From NCBI GenBank assembly GCA_009602735.1, contig WELA01002318.1, positions 537,984-601,983 on the forward strand: DNA of 64,000 bases. The letters are read 5' to 3'. This stretch comes from Mesotaenium endlicherianum. Lineage: Eukaryota. The notes beneath the pieces are model-generated. The model had not been told where the DNA came from, searched no databases, and saw only the letters and a list, made by a program, of their open reading frames with translations. A program made the position numbers and the translations under genes. Shown piece after piece: positions 25,521-36,217 of this stretch (positions within the stretch are counted from its first letter, which is position 1; each line of letters opens with the position of its first letter).

Positions 25521-26060
25521 CCCTCCCTCCCTTGCAAGTAAGATTAGGTCTAGGAGTAGCGTCAGGGCATGGGGGCTCACGGAGCAGACGTAGGCGGAGC
25601 TGGTCTTGCCCAGGTACTCGGCCACGCACGTGCGCGTGCAGAAGAGATCGCTGAACACCATCGCCCGCGTCGACCTGCTGCTCCTGCTCACGCTTACGCC
25701 ACGTGGCACGCTCTTGGACCGCTGTCAGGCTCACCCATCCGACAGCGCGGCTCCCTCGGTTGGCCAGGGCTGTCTGCCTAGAGCTGTGTAAGTCGCTCAC
25801 TACCGCTGCCAGTTCTAAGCAGCCACCTGGCGGCTTACTATGTACATCCGTGCGTACCGCTATGCTGAAAAAGGGCAAAGCAAGAGGCTCATGATTGCAT
25901 CCTGGCAAATGCCCATCGCCAAGCCTCCCCGGCCATGCACCGGATGAAACGCCTCACCCTACACCTCTACTCTTGCTCACCCTCGTTTCGAAGTTCCTCT
26001 GGCCAGTGCTGCAGACGCGTCACTTCTGCTTCCAAGACCGGCGCTTGCGAGTCTCAACAC
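25520..26060 (-). pseudogene. Inverted copy of ZRANB3-like exon 15 with flanking introns
   Basis: Reverse complement of about 58950-58420. VFSDLFCTRTCVAEYLGKTSSAYVCS vs VFSDLFCTRTCVDEYLGKTSSAYVRS. Confidence 0.9.
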
Positions 26061-26723
26061 GAACCGTCACGCAGCCATGTGATGATGATGTTATTTTTGT
26101 TCTTGATGGTGACGTTGATTTTTCCCTCACATGAAAAGAGGGTAGTCACAGCACACACACGCACACGCACACGAACCCTCAGCAGCTTACGCTGTCACAG
26201 CTCCCTTTGCCTGCGGCCCACACTGGCAGCTGGGGAAGGCGTACCTCTTCTCCGTTTACAGTTGACGTGTAGGGGACTCAAGCGTGCGCGTGCGCACGCA
26301 GGCATGCACACTCGCAAACACTCTTACACTCGGAGAAACAAGCATGCGAGCGCGCACATACACGCACAAACACAGACACACCCACACGCGCGCGCGCGCA
26401 CACATGCACAAACCTGTACAGGTAGAGAGAAAGAAGCAGCAGCAGCAGCAGCCACAACTCAAAGCAAAAGCGAACGAGTTTGAAAATTTTCACGGGAACG
26501 ATACATCGCCCAGGCAGACCTCTGGCTGGCTGTCTGTCTGGGTGCACGAGGTGCAGCTGAGCCACGCAACGTCAGTAGGGCCACCCACATGCAGCAGGAA
26601 CTTACGGTAGGAGGCCATGTTAAGGAATGAAGGTTTCGGGTCTGGGGACAGAGGGAAGGGCAGCTGACAGGAGCTCAGAGCAGATATTGGAAGGGGGCGG
26701 AGTCGAGCTCCTATGAGAGCATC

Positions 26724-27414
26724 TCAGCAGAAGCAAGAGGGAACACCTGTCACCACGTTGCATCGCTGCAGGGAAGGCTGCGTGGGCGCTTGAGAGAGAG
26801 ACGCCAGACTAGCTGGGGCAGCGGGGAAATGGCGGGTACGGCCAGTGACAAGGCAGAGGGAGGAGGTAAACTCGGGTGGTTTTTCTCCAGGACTTGAAAA
26901 AGGAGCGAGGGAGAGGAAGAGGGAAGGGTAGGGGGGAAGGAAGGGGTGCCGGGGGGATTTGTGACAATGGAATTGCATCTGGGAGCGAAGGAAGAGGCAG
27001 GGGAAAGGGGGGGGAGAGACCTTGATGCTTTTGGGACTCCAGTCGGTTCAGTTGGGAGCTTTTGGGCGTCCTTCGGCAGCACTGCCGTGACCCGCGCACC
27101 GTCCGACGGAGAAAGGCGAGAGAAAAGAAGGGAGGGGATGAGAGTTGGAGGGGGGAAGATGCACCATTTGGTAGGGGAGGGAGGGAGGGAGGGAGGCAGG
27201 GAGGGAGAAAGGGAGGGAGGGAGGGCAAACATGGAACGATGCACCCTCAGGCATAGGAAGGAACGCGCCAGCGCGCAGCATGCGAAACCTGAGGCACCGC
27301 ATTTGCGGCAGCCAGGGCGCCAGCTGCCGCGAGCCACGTGGGCGCAAGAACCACGAGCAAGCAGCCCCACAACCGCCAAGCTCCCCGGCCACCGCGAGCT
27401 GCTCCGGGCTGCAT
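26724..27414 (-). CDS. Candidate small secreted Cys-containing peptide (putative exons 27414-27289, 27081-27021, 26746-26724)
   Basis: Phase-compatible GT-AG exons give MQPGAARGGRGAWRLWGCLLVVLAPTWLAAAGALAAANAVPQ|CCRRTPKSSQLNRLESQKHQG|VPSCFC*, with a signal-peptide-like N-terminus. No homolog recognised. Confidence 0.3.
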
Positions 27415-28006
27415 GCTGAGCTGGCCACCTAGCCTGAGCAGCTGCCGCACCAGGCGCGGCGATGTGAAGGCCCAAGCCGGAGATGAGAGGGGTTCAGCAA
27501 AGACAGCAGGGGTTTAGCTGATTCGGGCGGGAGGCCTGTCGCCAGCGTCGGATTTGAATCTCGATTGTGGGGTGGAATGCCAAGAGCGCCAAGAAGGCCC
27601 CATCCAGATCCAAATGAGAGTCCAAAGCTGGGCTCTCAGTCTCGCCCCGCCGCGCCCCGCCCCGCTCTGCGCAGGCCCGCCCAGAGAGTCACTTCCCCAG
27701 GAGACGAGGGCACGCGTGCACGCGTAGGTCTCATGCCAGGTGGACTAGCGGGTTTGGGGTGGGCGGCGTTGCCCACAGCTCCACGGCATGGTGCGCATCA
27801 TGTAGGCACTAATGTGAGAGTGAGTTTTGGGTACGGGGTTTGTGCCAGTCCCCGTGGTGGGGAGGCGTGTCGGTGCAGGGCGGAGGTGCGGGTCCCGGTC
27901 CCCGGATGCCGGGGGGTGCAGATGCGTGGACACGTCGACGCCCATCTCGCTCTCCCGCTATGTCAAGCCTACAGCCCAAACCCTAACTTCTACAGCCTCC
28001 TCCTCC

Positions 28007-28099
<93 letters not shown>

Positions 28100-28100
28100 N
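28007..28100. repeat. Poly-C run ending in N (similar poly-G at 49991-50049)
   Basis: Homopolymer of about 90 nt next to an N; likely an assembly join. Confidence 0.85.
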
Positions 28101-28109
28101 TCACGGCTG

Positions 28110-28322
28110 CAGCACAGCCGGCCTGGTGGAGAGGGGACAGGAGAAAGAAGAGGTTGCATCGCGGGGCGCTCTGGGTTTGAACATCACTCAGGGGCAGGAA
28201 GTCAGGCCTGAGGGCTCGCCACCGCGAGGCGTTGCTGCGGCACTCACTCCCCGACGGCAGCTGCCACGGGGGGAGCTCGAGCGAAGCTGGCGTTGCGCTG
28301 CAACCGGCGCTGGAGAGCGGCA

Positions 28323-28359
<37 letters not shown>

Positions 28360-30130
28360 ACGCGGCTCTCATGTGATATCCTCGGGAAAGACTTCTAGGG
28401 CCTCGGCATCAGGGCTTGGGGCCAGGGCAGCGCACTGCTCCTCTCTCTGGGGCCTTGCTTGCCCACCTTGGATGGCCGCAGGCAGCGCCCCTGCCGCTGC
28501 ACGTCGTAGCGCACGCCCGCACGCTGGAAGGACGGGCAGGCTGCACAGAAGGGTACGCAGTGTCAGTGGGATCCAGGGCTGCCGAGGAGGGAGGCTCCGG
28601 TGAAAGAAGGGGGGGGGAGGGGGTTGGCAGCCGGAATCAGCAGTGCGGCAGAGAGCGTCGGAAGGGGAGAGATAGGCGCCTAGAGGTTGCTGAGGGCGTA
28701 GGCGATAGAGCTGTAGTTCCCCTCAGGCCCACATCTCAGCAGATGTGGGGGCCCTTTTACTGCGCCAGCTGTCCGCGCTGCAAGACCCTTGTAATGGCGT
28801 CCAGTGCAATCGAAAACGGTGATGATCTGGCACCCAAACGTCAATTGCTCTCGCACGAGACCTCGAGGCACACGGCCACTTCTGGGGGCGAGGAGATATT
28901 TGATCCCTAATTATCTATATGTGCCTTATTCTAATTATTGTATGCATCTCATACTCTATTCTCTCTCCTATCATTTCTATACTCACTCTTTCTCGCATAC
29001 TCTTAGTCGTCCGCCTCGCATACATTCGCTCACACCACGCGTGGTCTCTCTAGCTCGTTGCTCTTTCTGGGGGCGAGCTGCTGCCGCCATAAAGCACCTT
29101 CCCTTCTTGGAGCACTAAATGTCGGACCCTGACTCAGCTGCCATATGGAAGACCCCTGCCTGTGCTGCGAGTGGCAGATCTAGCCTCGGTATGCCACATG
29201 TGGCACTAAATAGAGGGTGTTGGGGCCTGCCATGCAAAGGAAGCGAGACTTTTGGCTGCCCGGAATGGAGTCTGCTTTGCCTCTGCATTTCGCCCGCAGC
29301 TTCAGGGCAGCTTCTCTGTTGGCACAAATTCTCTCGTGCTGCTGCTGCCTAGAGTTTTGCCCCACCTCTTCTGTCTGGGAAGCTTCTGCATTGATTCAGT
29401 GCAGCGTAGGGCAAAAGCGTCCTGGTGCTGCAACTGTTTTGACAACCTAAAGATGTGGTGTCATGGTAAACATGAACGGAGAAGCTATGGTCACAACTGA
29501 GTCCCAAACCCCGCACTTGCCTTTGGTCCTAGACATGCCATGCTGACTACGAGATTATGCATGATCCCTATATACTATCTGAGTTGCTTTCAGGTTACTT
29601 CTACCTTTTGCCCGTACCATTGATCGAGATGCATGGCTGCCTTTGAGATGGTATGAGAAAAGCCGTTCTCAGTGGGTCCAACGGATGTGACTTTCCTCTT
29701 CACCGAAGCCTGCCGTGCACCTCAGCCGTGTACCATGCAGCACGCCCCAGAGGCAGACAAGAGGCGGGCGTCCTATGCGCCACTGCTTCCATTCTCATGT
29801 CAGCAATTCCAGGTCCGGGGACGCCCACAGTGAGCACATGCGATTGGTATGCTCTGGGAAATATTTGACCGCACATCCGGCCATACATGCTCGACATTCA
29901 GTGCCTGTTTTACGATGGTGTATATTGGTTTGTGGGCTATGTAGGCCTATGCGGTTACGCCCGTCACGCCTGGATGTCCTATGCCCTGCTTGCTACTCGC
30001 CATCAAAAGCTCGAGCGTATCACAGCACTGCCCAAGGGCGATTGGTGTTCATGTGGTATAACATGGACGCAGATATCGTCGGTAACAATATTAAAAACTG
30101 GGAACACTTGGAAACGGCGATAGAGGGCCG
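28110..30130 (-). pseudogene. Degenerate inverted copy 2 of the ZRANB3-like 5' region (upstream DNA, exon 1, part of exon 2, intron 2)
   Basis: QQQHERICANREAALKLRAKCRGKADS at about 29350-29265. FQRAGVRYDVQRQGRCL at about 28540-28490 with the Walker A motif deleted. 28430-28110 matches the reverse complement of 49080-49350. Confidence 0.9.
28893..29064. mobile_element. 172-bp insertion flanked by a 13-bp direct duplication
   Basis: TTCTGGGGGCGAG at 28880-28892 and 29065-29077. The homologous site in the intact gene (about 47260-47275) is single-copy and uninterrupted. Confidence 0.8.
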
Positions 30131-31449
30131 ATGAGGGGCCGATAAACAGCACTCGGGAGTGCTCGAGTGATCGAGTGATTGAGAGCGATCGAGTGGTCGC
30201 GTTGACCAAGGCAAGCTCGTGGGAATCTACGAACCACCTGACAGCACCTCCACTGCCTTCCTCTTCAGCATGTCTATCTCGACGCGAACGAGCGTAGCAG
30301 AAGCAAACTCGCGAACGACATGGAAGTCTGCTGCTGCCTCGCAACTGCTCGCAATTAGCCAAAAAGGCGCCCTGCTTCCAGCTCAACCATCTCAGGAATG
30401 TTTCACTTGTTGAGTCGCAGATACTGCAGTCGCAAGTGCTACAATTGTCACTTAAATTTGGTACTAGGAAGAAAAAAACGTCGAGCAGGCCATAATCATT
30501 AAAAGATATTGTCGTTTTTAGCAAAACTTGATTTCTGCTTTTACTACAAAATACACCATAATGCGAACACCCCTTCCTTCACATTCGGAGACCCGAAAGT
30601 TTTAATTTTCACAGTAGGAAATGATTCTCTTGCCTGACAGCATTCGCAAAATACACATTGAGCCACTATGCACCCCCAGTCGAGGCACAAAAGCAGGGTG
30701 AGTTTCAAGCTCCTGTCGGGTGAAGTTTGCATGAATCACATTTATCTTGGAGATCTAAAGTAAATCAATATGATTGTACAAAAAAATGAGGGGGGCACTA
30801 TGGTGTGTCACCGTCTAAGAATGAACTTCACTTGCCATCTTATTTTGGAGCATATGTGTAAAGAGCAACCATCAGGGCTTCTTTACAGTACTACGCACAT
30901 TCTCAACAGGTCGGTGAGCTTTGAGGAGGTGAGTTTGATGCACTGTGAAAGACGCCAATGATAATTTACAATTAGAAACTGCACTATTTAATCAAGTAAG
31001 GTCCAATCATTGATATGAATTTCCCAGTTGTTGCTTTGTCAATTAAGGACCTCATTGGGGGAAGGTTGATACATATAGTTCAAACCTAACATTTGTGATG
31101 ATGCAGATGTATTGCAAGCAAGATGTGCATGATGATTAACGGTATTGATAATGATGAGGCCAAAAATGTGTCTGCGTCTCATACATCAACCCACGGTCTC
31201 ATTCTTGAGCACGTCTGAGAGAACGCATCTGGAATTGTTCGTGACATTCTCCGCATGTTGACCATTAGTTATATGTGATTATGGCTGCAAAAAACATGTA
31301 CATCAAAAATGCCTTTGTTTAGATGACATGAGAAACTGCACTATAGAAACTGCCCGGTCAAACAGCTTCCATGTCATAATGCTTTCAGAGGGGGTACGAG
31401 GAAAATCTGGAGTGTACTCAGACTACAGTGAGGTCAAGCATCTTGTGAA

Positions 31450-33450
31450 TATATCAAATGTTGTATGCGCCCAGCCTGTTTACCAGTCACATTGTCTCCC
31501 ATCATCTCCAGAAAATCACCATACTGCCACCTCAGGACTCAACCCCTACACATAACCAATATGCATCAAGAAGCCAACTGCTGATCATGGTCTCGCTGTT
31601 TCGATGAGGCTAAAATCTTGGAATGTACAGTACAAGTGCGTTGTCTTGCCTGGCCCTGTTTGCAAGGGGATGCAAGGTGGTGAAAGTATGGGCAGCTTTT
31701 GAATATGCTTCCTAAGAGATCAGCAAGAGCTGCTGTAGCTTACCAAAACATATGAATCCCGCACAGCACTCTACAGAAAGCTTGCCCAAGCTCAAATGAA
31801 CAATGCCAGCTGCGGTAGCATTTTGGCAACAGTAGGTGCTTCACTGGATCTAGGCCTGCTTTCAGTTAGAATTTTGTGTTCAGAAAACATTCTGTGTATA
31901 GATGTACTTTCACTTTGGAAACTAATCTTACACGCTATCGCGTTCAGAAATGAAACAAAATCACCTCTTGCAGATTACCATCACCTTCTGAAATTCTTGC
32001 CTGAACCAGTATGCTTGCGACACCTGGTCAACAGATGAATGCAAGATGGTGGAACCTGCAGGATGGCAGTCTTTCATTGCAATACTATTGCAAAGTCTGT
32101 CAGAAGCGTAAACCCCGTCTGGGTGACGCCTTTTTGCACCATTCAGCCAAAATAAGTCCAAGATGGTGATGTACCAGTGCAAGCAGTTTCATACCTAGTG
32201 AAGTTGAGCCCTTGCCTGGCATCTGTAATATGGTGCCTGAATGTCTGTCATCACCAACTTACCATCACCCTGACCTACACACCCAACCCCGATGAAGCCC
32301 AGCAACCAGTGAAGCATATATCTAAGAGAAAGTAAACTTGTAAGGACCAATTATGCAGGCTGGCATCCTCCGATTGGTAGAAGTTGAAACCCAGTATAGA
32401 TGAAAGCCTTACCTTCAAAAAGCATGAAGTCAAGTCTATTGGCAAGGTCTGGTTTTCAGGATAACATCTTTCTGTTTCTAAGTTCCAAAGCCCAATCTAG
32501 ATGAAGCCCTTGCCCTCCATCAATCATATGAGTCTAGCATTGCAAGATGAGAGTCTAGCATCGAAGAGTTTTTAGTGGATTCTAGAATCAAAGACCATGC
32601 CTTCAGTTCACCAGGAGAGCTACAGCCTGCGCATCCAATCCAGATGAAGCGCGTTCAAACCTCCAATCAAGATGACACACTTGGATATAAGTATATGCAT
32701 CATGGCAGTAGAGTATATATTATATGATGATAGAATCACGTGAGCTGAAAACTCAATGTAAAACAAGGCGTGGAGCAACAACGTTTGCATGAAGATGTGC
32801 CTTGCAGGATGGCAGCCCTGCATTACCAAAAATTACATACTGATTTACTTGAAGCTCCTTCCTTCAACATAGAATGGAAGCAAGTAAGAACATCTTCATA
32901 TTAGTGTTTTACCTCCCCAAGTCACAAAATCAACAGAACCTGAAAGCCATTGTAGGAAGAGCCCGTCCTCTATTCGGGCATAAAGGAACAAGGAAAGCAA
33001 ATTCATTATACTCCAGGATGTCATAATCAGATTTCTCCTCTACAAATCAACTCAGATACCTTGTCTAATGAACATCCTTAAGATGGCCAACTCTACAGAA
33101 TGGTAGCTTATCTCAGCCAGGACATGGAAATCCAATGGAGATGAATTAAGCCAGTGCCTTACATTTACAACTGACATTTGAAAGTTTTGCAAATGAAACT
33201 CTTGCTTATGCCGTCAACCAGGAGAGGAAGAATACTCACATGATTGTGCATCCTTAACATGGTCTATATAGAGGAGAGTATGCTACAAACCTTACCTTCC
33301 ATGACACAAATGACCACTTGTTCATGGTACAAAAGAAACAACGTAGGCTTGGCATACATTAAGCATTATGGCTTGGTCACTGACAAGAGTTAGTAACATT
33401 CCATGGATGATCTATACACAATCAGGGGAAGATACAGCTGGCAACTAGAT
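31450..33450 (+). mobile_element. Heavily decayed non-LTR retrotransposon (L1-like ORF2 3' part)
   Basis: About 33200-33280 reads SCLCRQPGEEEYSHDCASLTWSI*RRV, resembling the C-terminal CCHC/zf-RVT domain. About 31520-31565 ITILPPQDSTPTHNQYA resembles the approach to the RT YADD motif. Many stops; boundaries approximate. Confidence 0.4.
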
Positions 33451-33939
33451 TCAAAACTGTCTTGCATACATTGTCTTCATGCACCGTGCACTCGAAGTAT
33501 GCTACAGCCTGACCATGACTCATTGTGTGTGCTGTTCAAAGAGCATAGTGCCATAGCATGAGAGTCGTAGGCTGTAAATGTTACCGGTGAACAATCACCA
33601 CAAACGCTCTTTCGCTCTTGAGCCCTTCAACCCTTGAATTGATTCTTATTCGCTAGTAAAAAACGCCATGTTTTAACACCACTTAAGATTAATGAGGGTA
33701 TTGACGGAGGGTCCATTTCATCGATGAGATCTTTTGATGGTTGGCTCTGTGGCATTGGAACGTTTCAAATCGAACTTAGTCAGGACGCTCGACTTTGCAA
33801 GGAACTGTGTGTTCACTCTTTGACCGCCGCGCCACATTGCAGTAAGAGTACTTGCAAGTCGACACGAACACATTCGCTAAGGATTTCAGAGGCAGAGAAA
33901 AAATTAGCTAGTGCATTGCGTGGGAACGCATTGGCGCTC

Positions 33940-34937
33940 ACTATGTTAGAAATGTCAGTTCTGGAATCAAAGCTAATCCCGCGAACAAAGATCATAGGCA
34001 AAATCCCATGCTCAATCATGAGAGCCTCTTCTTCCAGGAGAGAGTACATCCCAAGAATGACTGTATCAATCCCAAAATCATCTGCTCCTTCAGTCAAAGA
34101 GCTCGAAGTGAAAGGAAGAGCAATCTTGAGCCACACTTCTTACTCCCCGGATTACGCACAGTCTCAAGCCTCTACATCAGTCGGTTCTCAAACATGTTGC
34201 TTTCGGAAGGATCTTTTCCCTCTGAGTGGGGCAACCAAAAAAGCATGACATGGCAGCAAACGTGAAAGTCTCCAGAAAGAGACACACAGGCCAGGCTAGG
34301 GTCTGGCCTGAAACTGAAAATTCCAAGGTTCGAGATCTCACAGTGAAGAGTGCAGTTATATCCCACATGTTGAGGGGATTCTTTGCACCTCACGGGGTGG
34401 AGATAAGTGGTGGAAGGGCAGCAAATGCTACACGTGTTGTTGAGGTGCCTGTCAGGGCTAAGTGCTGCCACGGTCCAGCCTTCAGAACTCCTTTTGGTGA
34501 AAGGCCCTGAGGAGAAAGATCAGACTACTTTGGAGATTCAAGTTTTGGCCCAACAAGACGGAGCTGGCGTTACGCAAAAGAGGAAAAGGGGCAGGGAAAG
34601 TGCTCTAACCAAATATGCTGCAGAGAAAAAATGCAAATCGGGGGCTGGAAGCACAAGGTATGGAAAGGTGATGGGCGGAGCATTGGGCTCAAGGGGGGGG
34701 CAGTCGTCAACAGCTAAGGCAGGCAGTCTGACAGCAGTAATATGGACCAAGATCCCCCTCACGTGGGCTGAGAAACCATCAGACATACATTATGATACAG
34801 GAGCCAAAGTTGTTAGTCTCTTTTGCAGAGAGGACCAGGCCCTTGCCTCCCTGAGGAGAGATGAAGGGGCTGACCAGATTTCTGACCTCGAGCGGGAGTG
34901 CGCAGAGATACTACTGGGCCTGTCAGCTAGCTCCTGA
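33940..34937 (+). pseudogene. Orphan low-complexity coding-like region in three overlapping frames (possible frameshifted gene)
   Basis: Consecutive S/K/R-rich ORFs 33724-34248, 34226-34510 and 34407-34937, with NLS-like QKRKRGR and C-terminal LERECAEILLGLS. Confidence 0.3.
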
Positions 34938-36217
34938 AGCGAGGAACGTCATGAAAGTAAATTATGTCATCAGTCAGTTGTCTCTTGCTGATGACATGTA
35001 GCTGACATAAGTTGATTCTTTGTATCTCCTTATTGTATGACTAGTTTTAGACCAATGTACACTTCCATCTAAATTATCGCGTCTCCCAGACAACGTTTTA
35101 GGCATACAAGCATTGACATTAAATCTCGGTCAGTTGCGATGTGTATGCAACATCAGGATGTAATTTCAATGTCTTATATTTCTGTCCAGTGTGTTGTTCA
35201 TCATGATTCTTTCAAGTTCACAGCTATGATGCTTGACTTCTACTGTCTGGTTTCCTTACTCTTTGGCATATGGATTACACGCAGTGGGATATGATGGTGT
35301 CGAGGTCACCCTTTGTTATTATCAGCAGTTGATGCATGTTATGCATCGAACAGAAATTCTTCACTATTAGTGGCCGGAGCACACCTTACAAGTCTTTGCA
35401 GGTCGTTCAAACTCGTATCTGCACATTGGTGAAGATGAATGTAACGTGTTTGCGCATCTATTGCCTCCTTGCCTCAGCTACCTTGCGCTTCTATTGTAGT
35501 ACTCCACAGCAGCAATCTGAGTTGAAGCAGCTAGGCTGCACAGTCTTGTACATGCTACGAGTAGTGTAACAATGATAAGTTGGAGAGGAGAGTTGTCCAG
35601 ATGAACTGTCGTAAGCTAACTGCAAATAAATGTGCTGCAGTTTTAACAAATCAGGAACAGGTCCAGATTACGTCATATAAGAAAGTGCTAGTATTGTGTG
35701 TGAGCAAGCATGAGGCACATATCGGCGAGGATGAGAATATGTTATCTCTAAATGGCTTCCTCAGCTACCGTCAATATAGTAACATGATGTTGTATGCTGA
35801 AAGTATTGCTTGGGGAAATTGAAAGCTCTCACGTCAGATGGTTTAATAGATGTAGAAACACTACAGGCAAGTGGTAGTGAAGGAGGAAGGTAACAAAAAC
35901 GTTCCAGATCTTAGGCTCCTGTGCTAAAGAAGCTATGTGACACGCACTAATCCAATAAGTGGATATCGATGTAAGAAACAAATATTGCAGGAGCTGCCAC
36001 AAAAAAAGCAAGGCACTACACAAAATTTCTGCCTCAGATCACTCTACCTTATTGAACTATAGGTACATCTTACGAACTTCCACACCTAATCAGGACTCGG
36101 CGCCGCCCCACTAAGGACAGCCCAAGAAATGCCGCCTTGTGTCTGTCACTCACTAGCACTACAAGCAGCAATCAAACACCCACATAAGAGAAGAAGAATG
36201 CAATCGACCGGCCCGCA

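Noticed and set aside
27565..28398. 277-aa ORF with poly-Pro and (PE)n, extensin-like
   Set aside because: Poly-Pro comes from a poly-C run with an N. The right half is a copy of ZRANB3-like intron 2.
29715..30134. Shared ADIVGN-like peptide with 14129-14476, suggesting a novel gene family
   Set aside because: Both regions align to non-coding DNA upstream of the ZRANB3-like gene, and the frames are not conserved.
30820..31345. Weak repeat of about 360-bp period (agaaactgcactat at about 30974 and 31331)
   Set aside because: Too diverged to define units; no function inferable.
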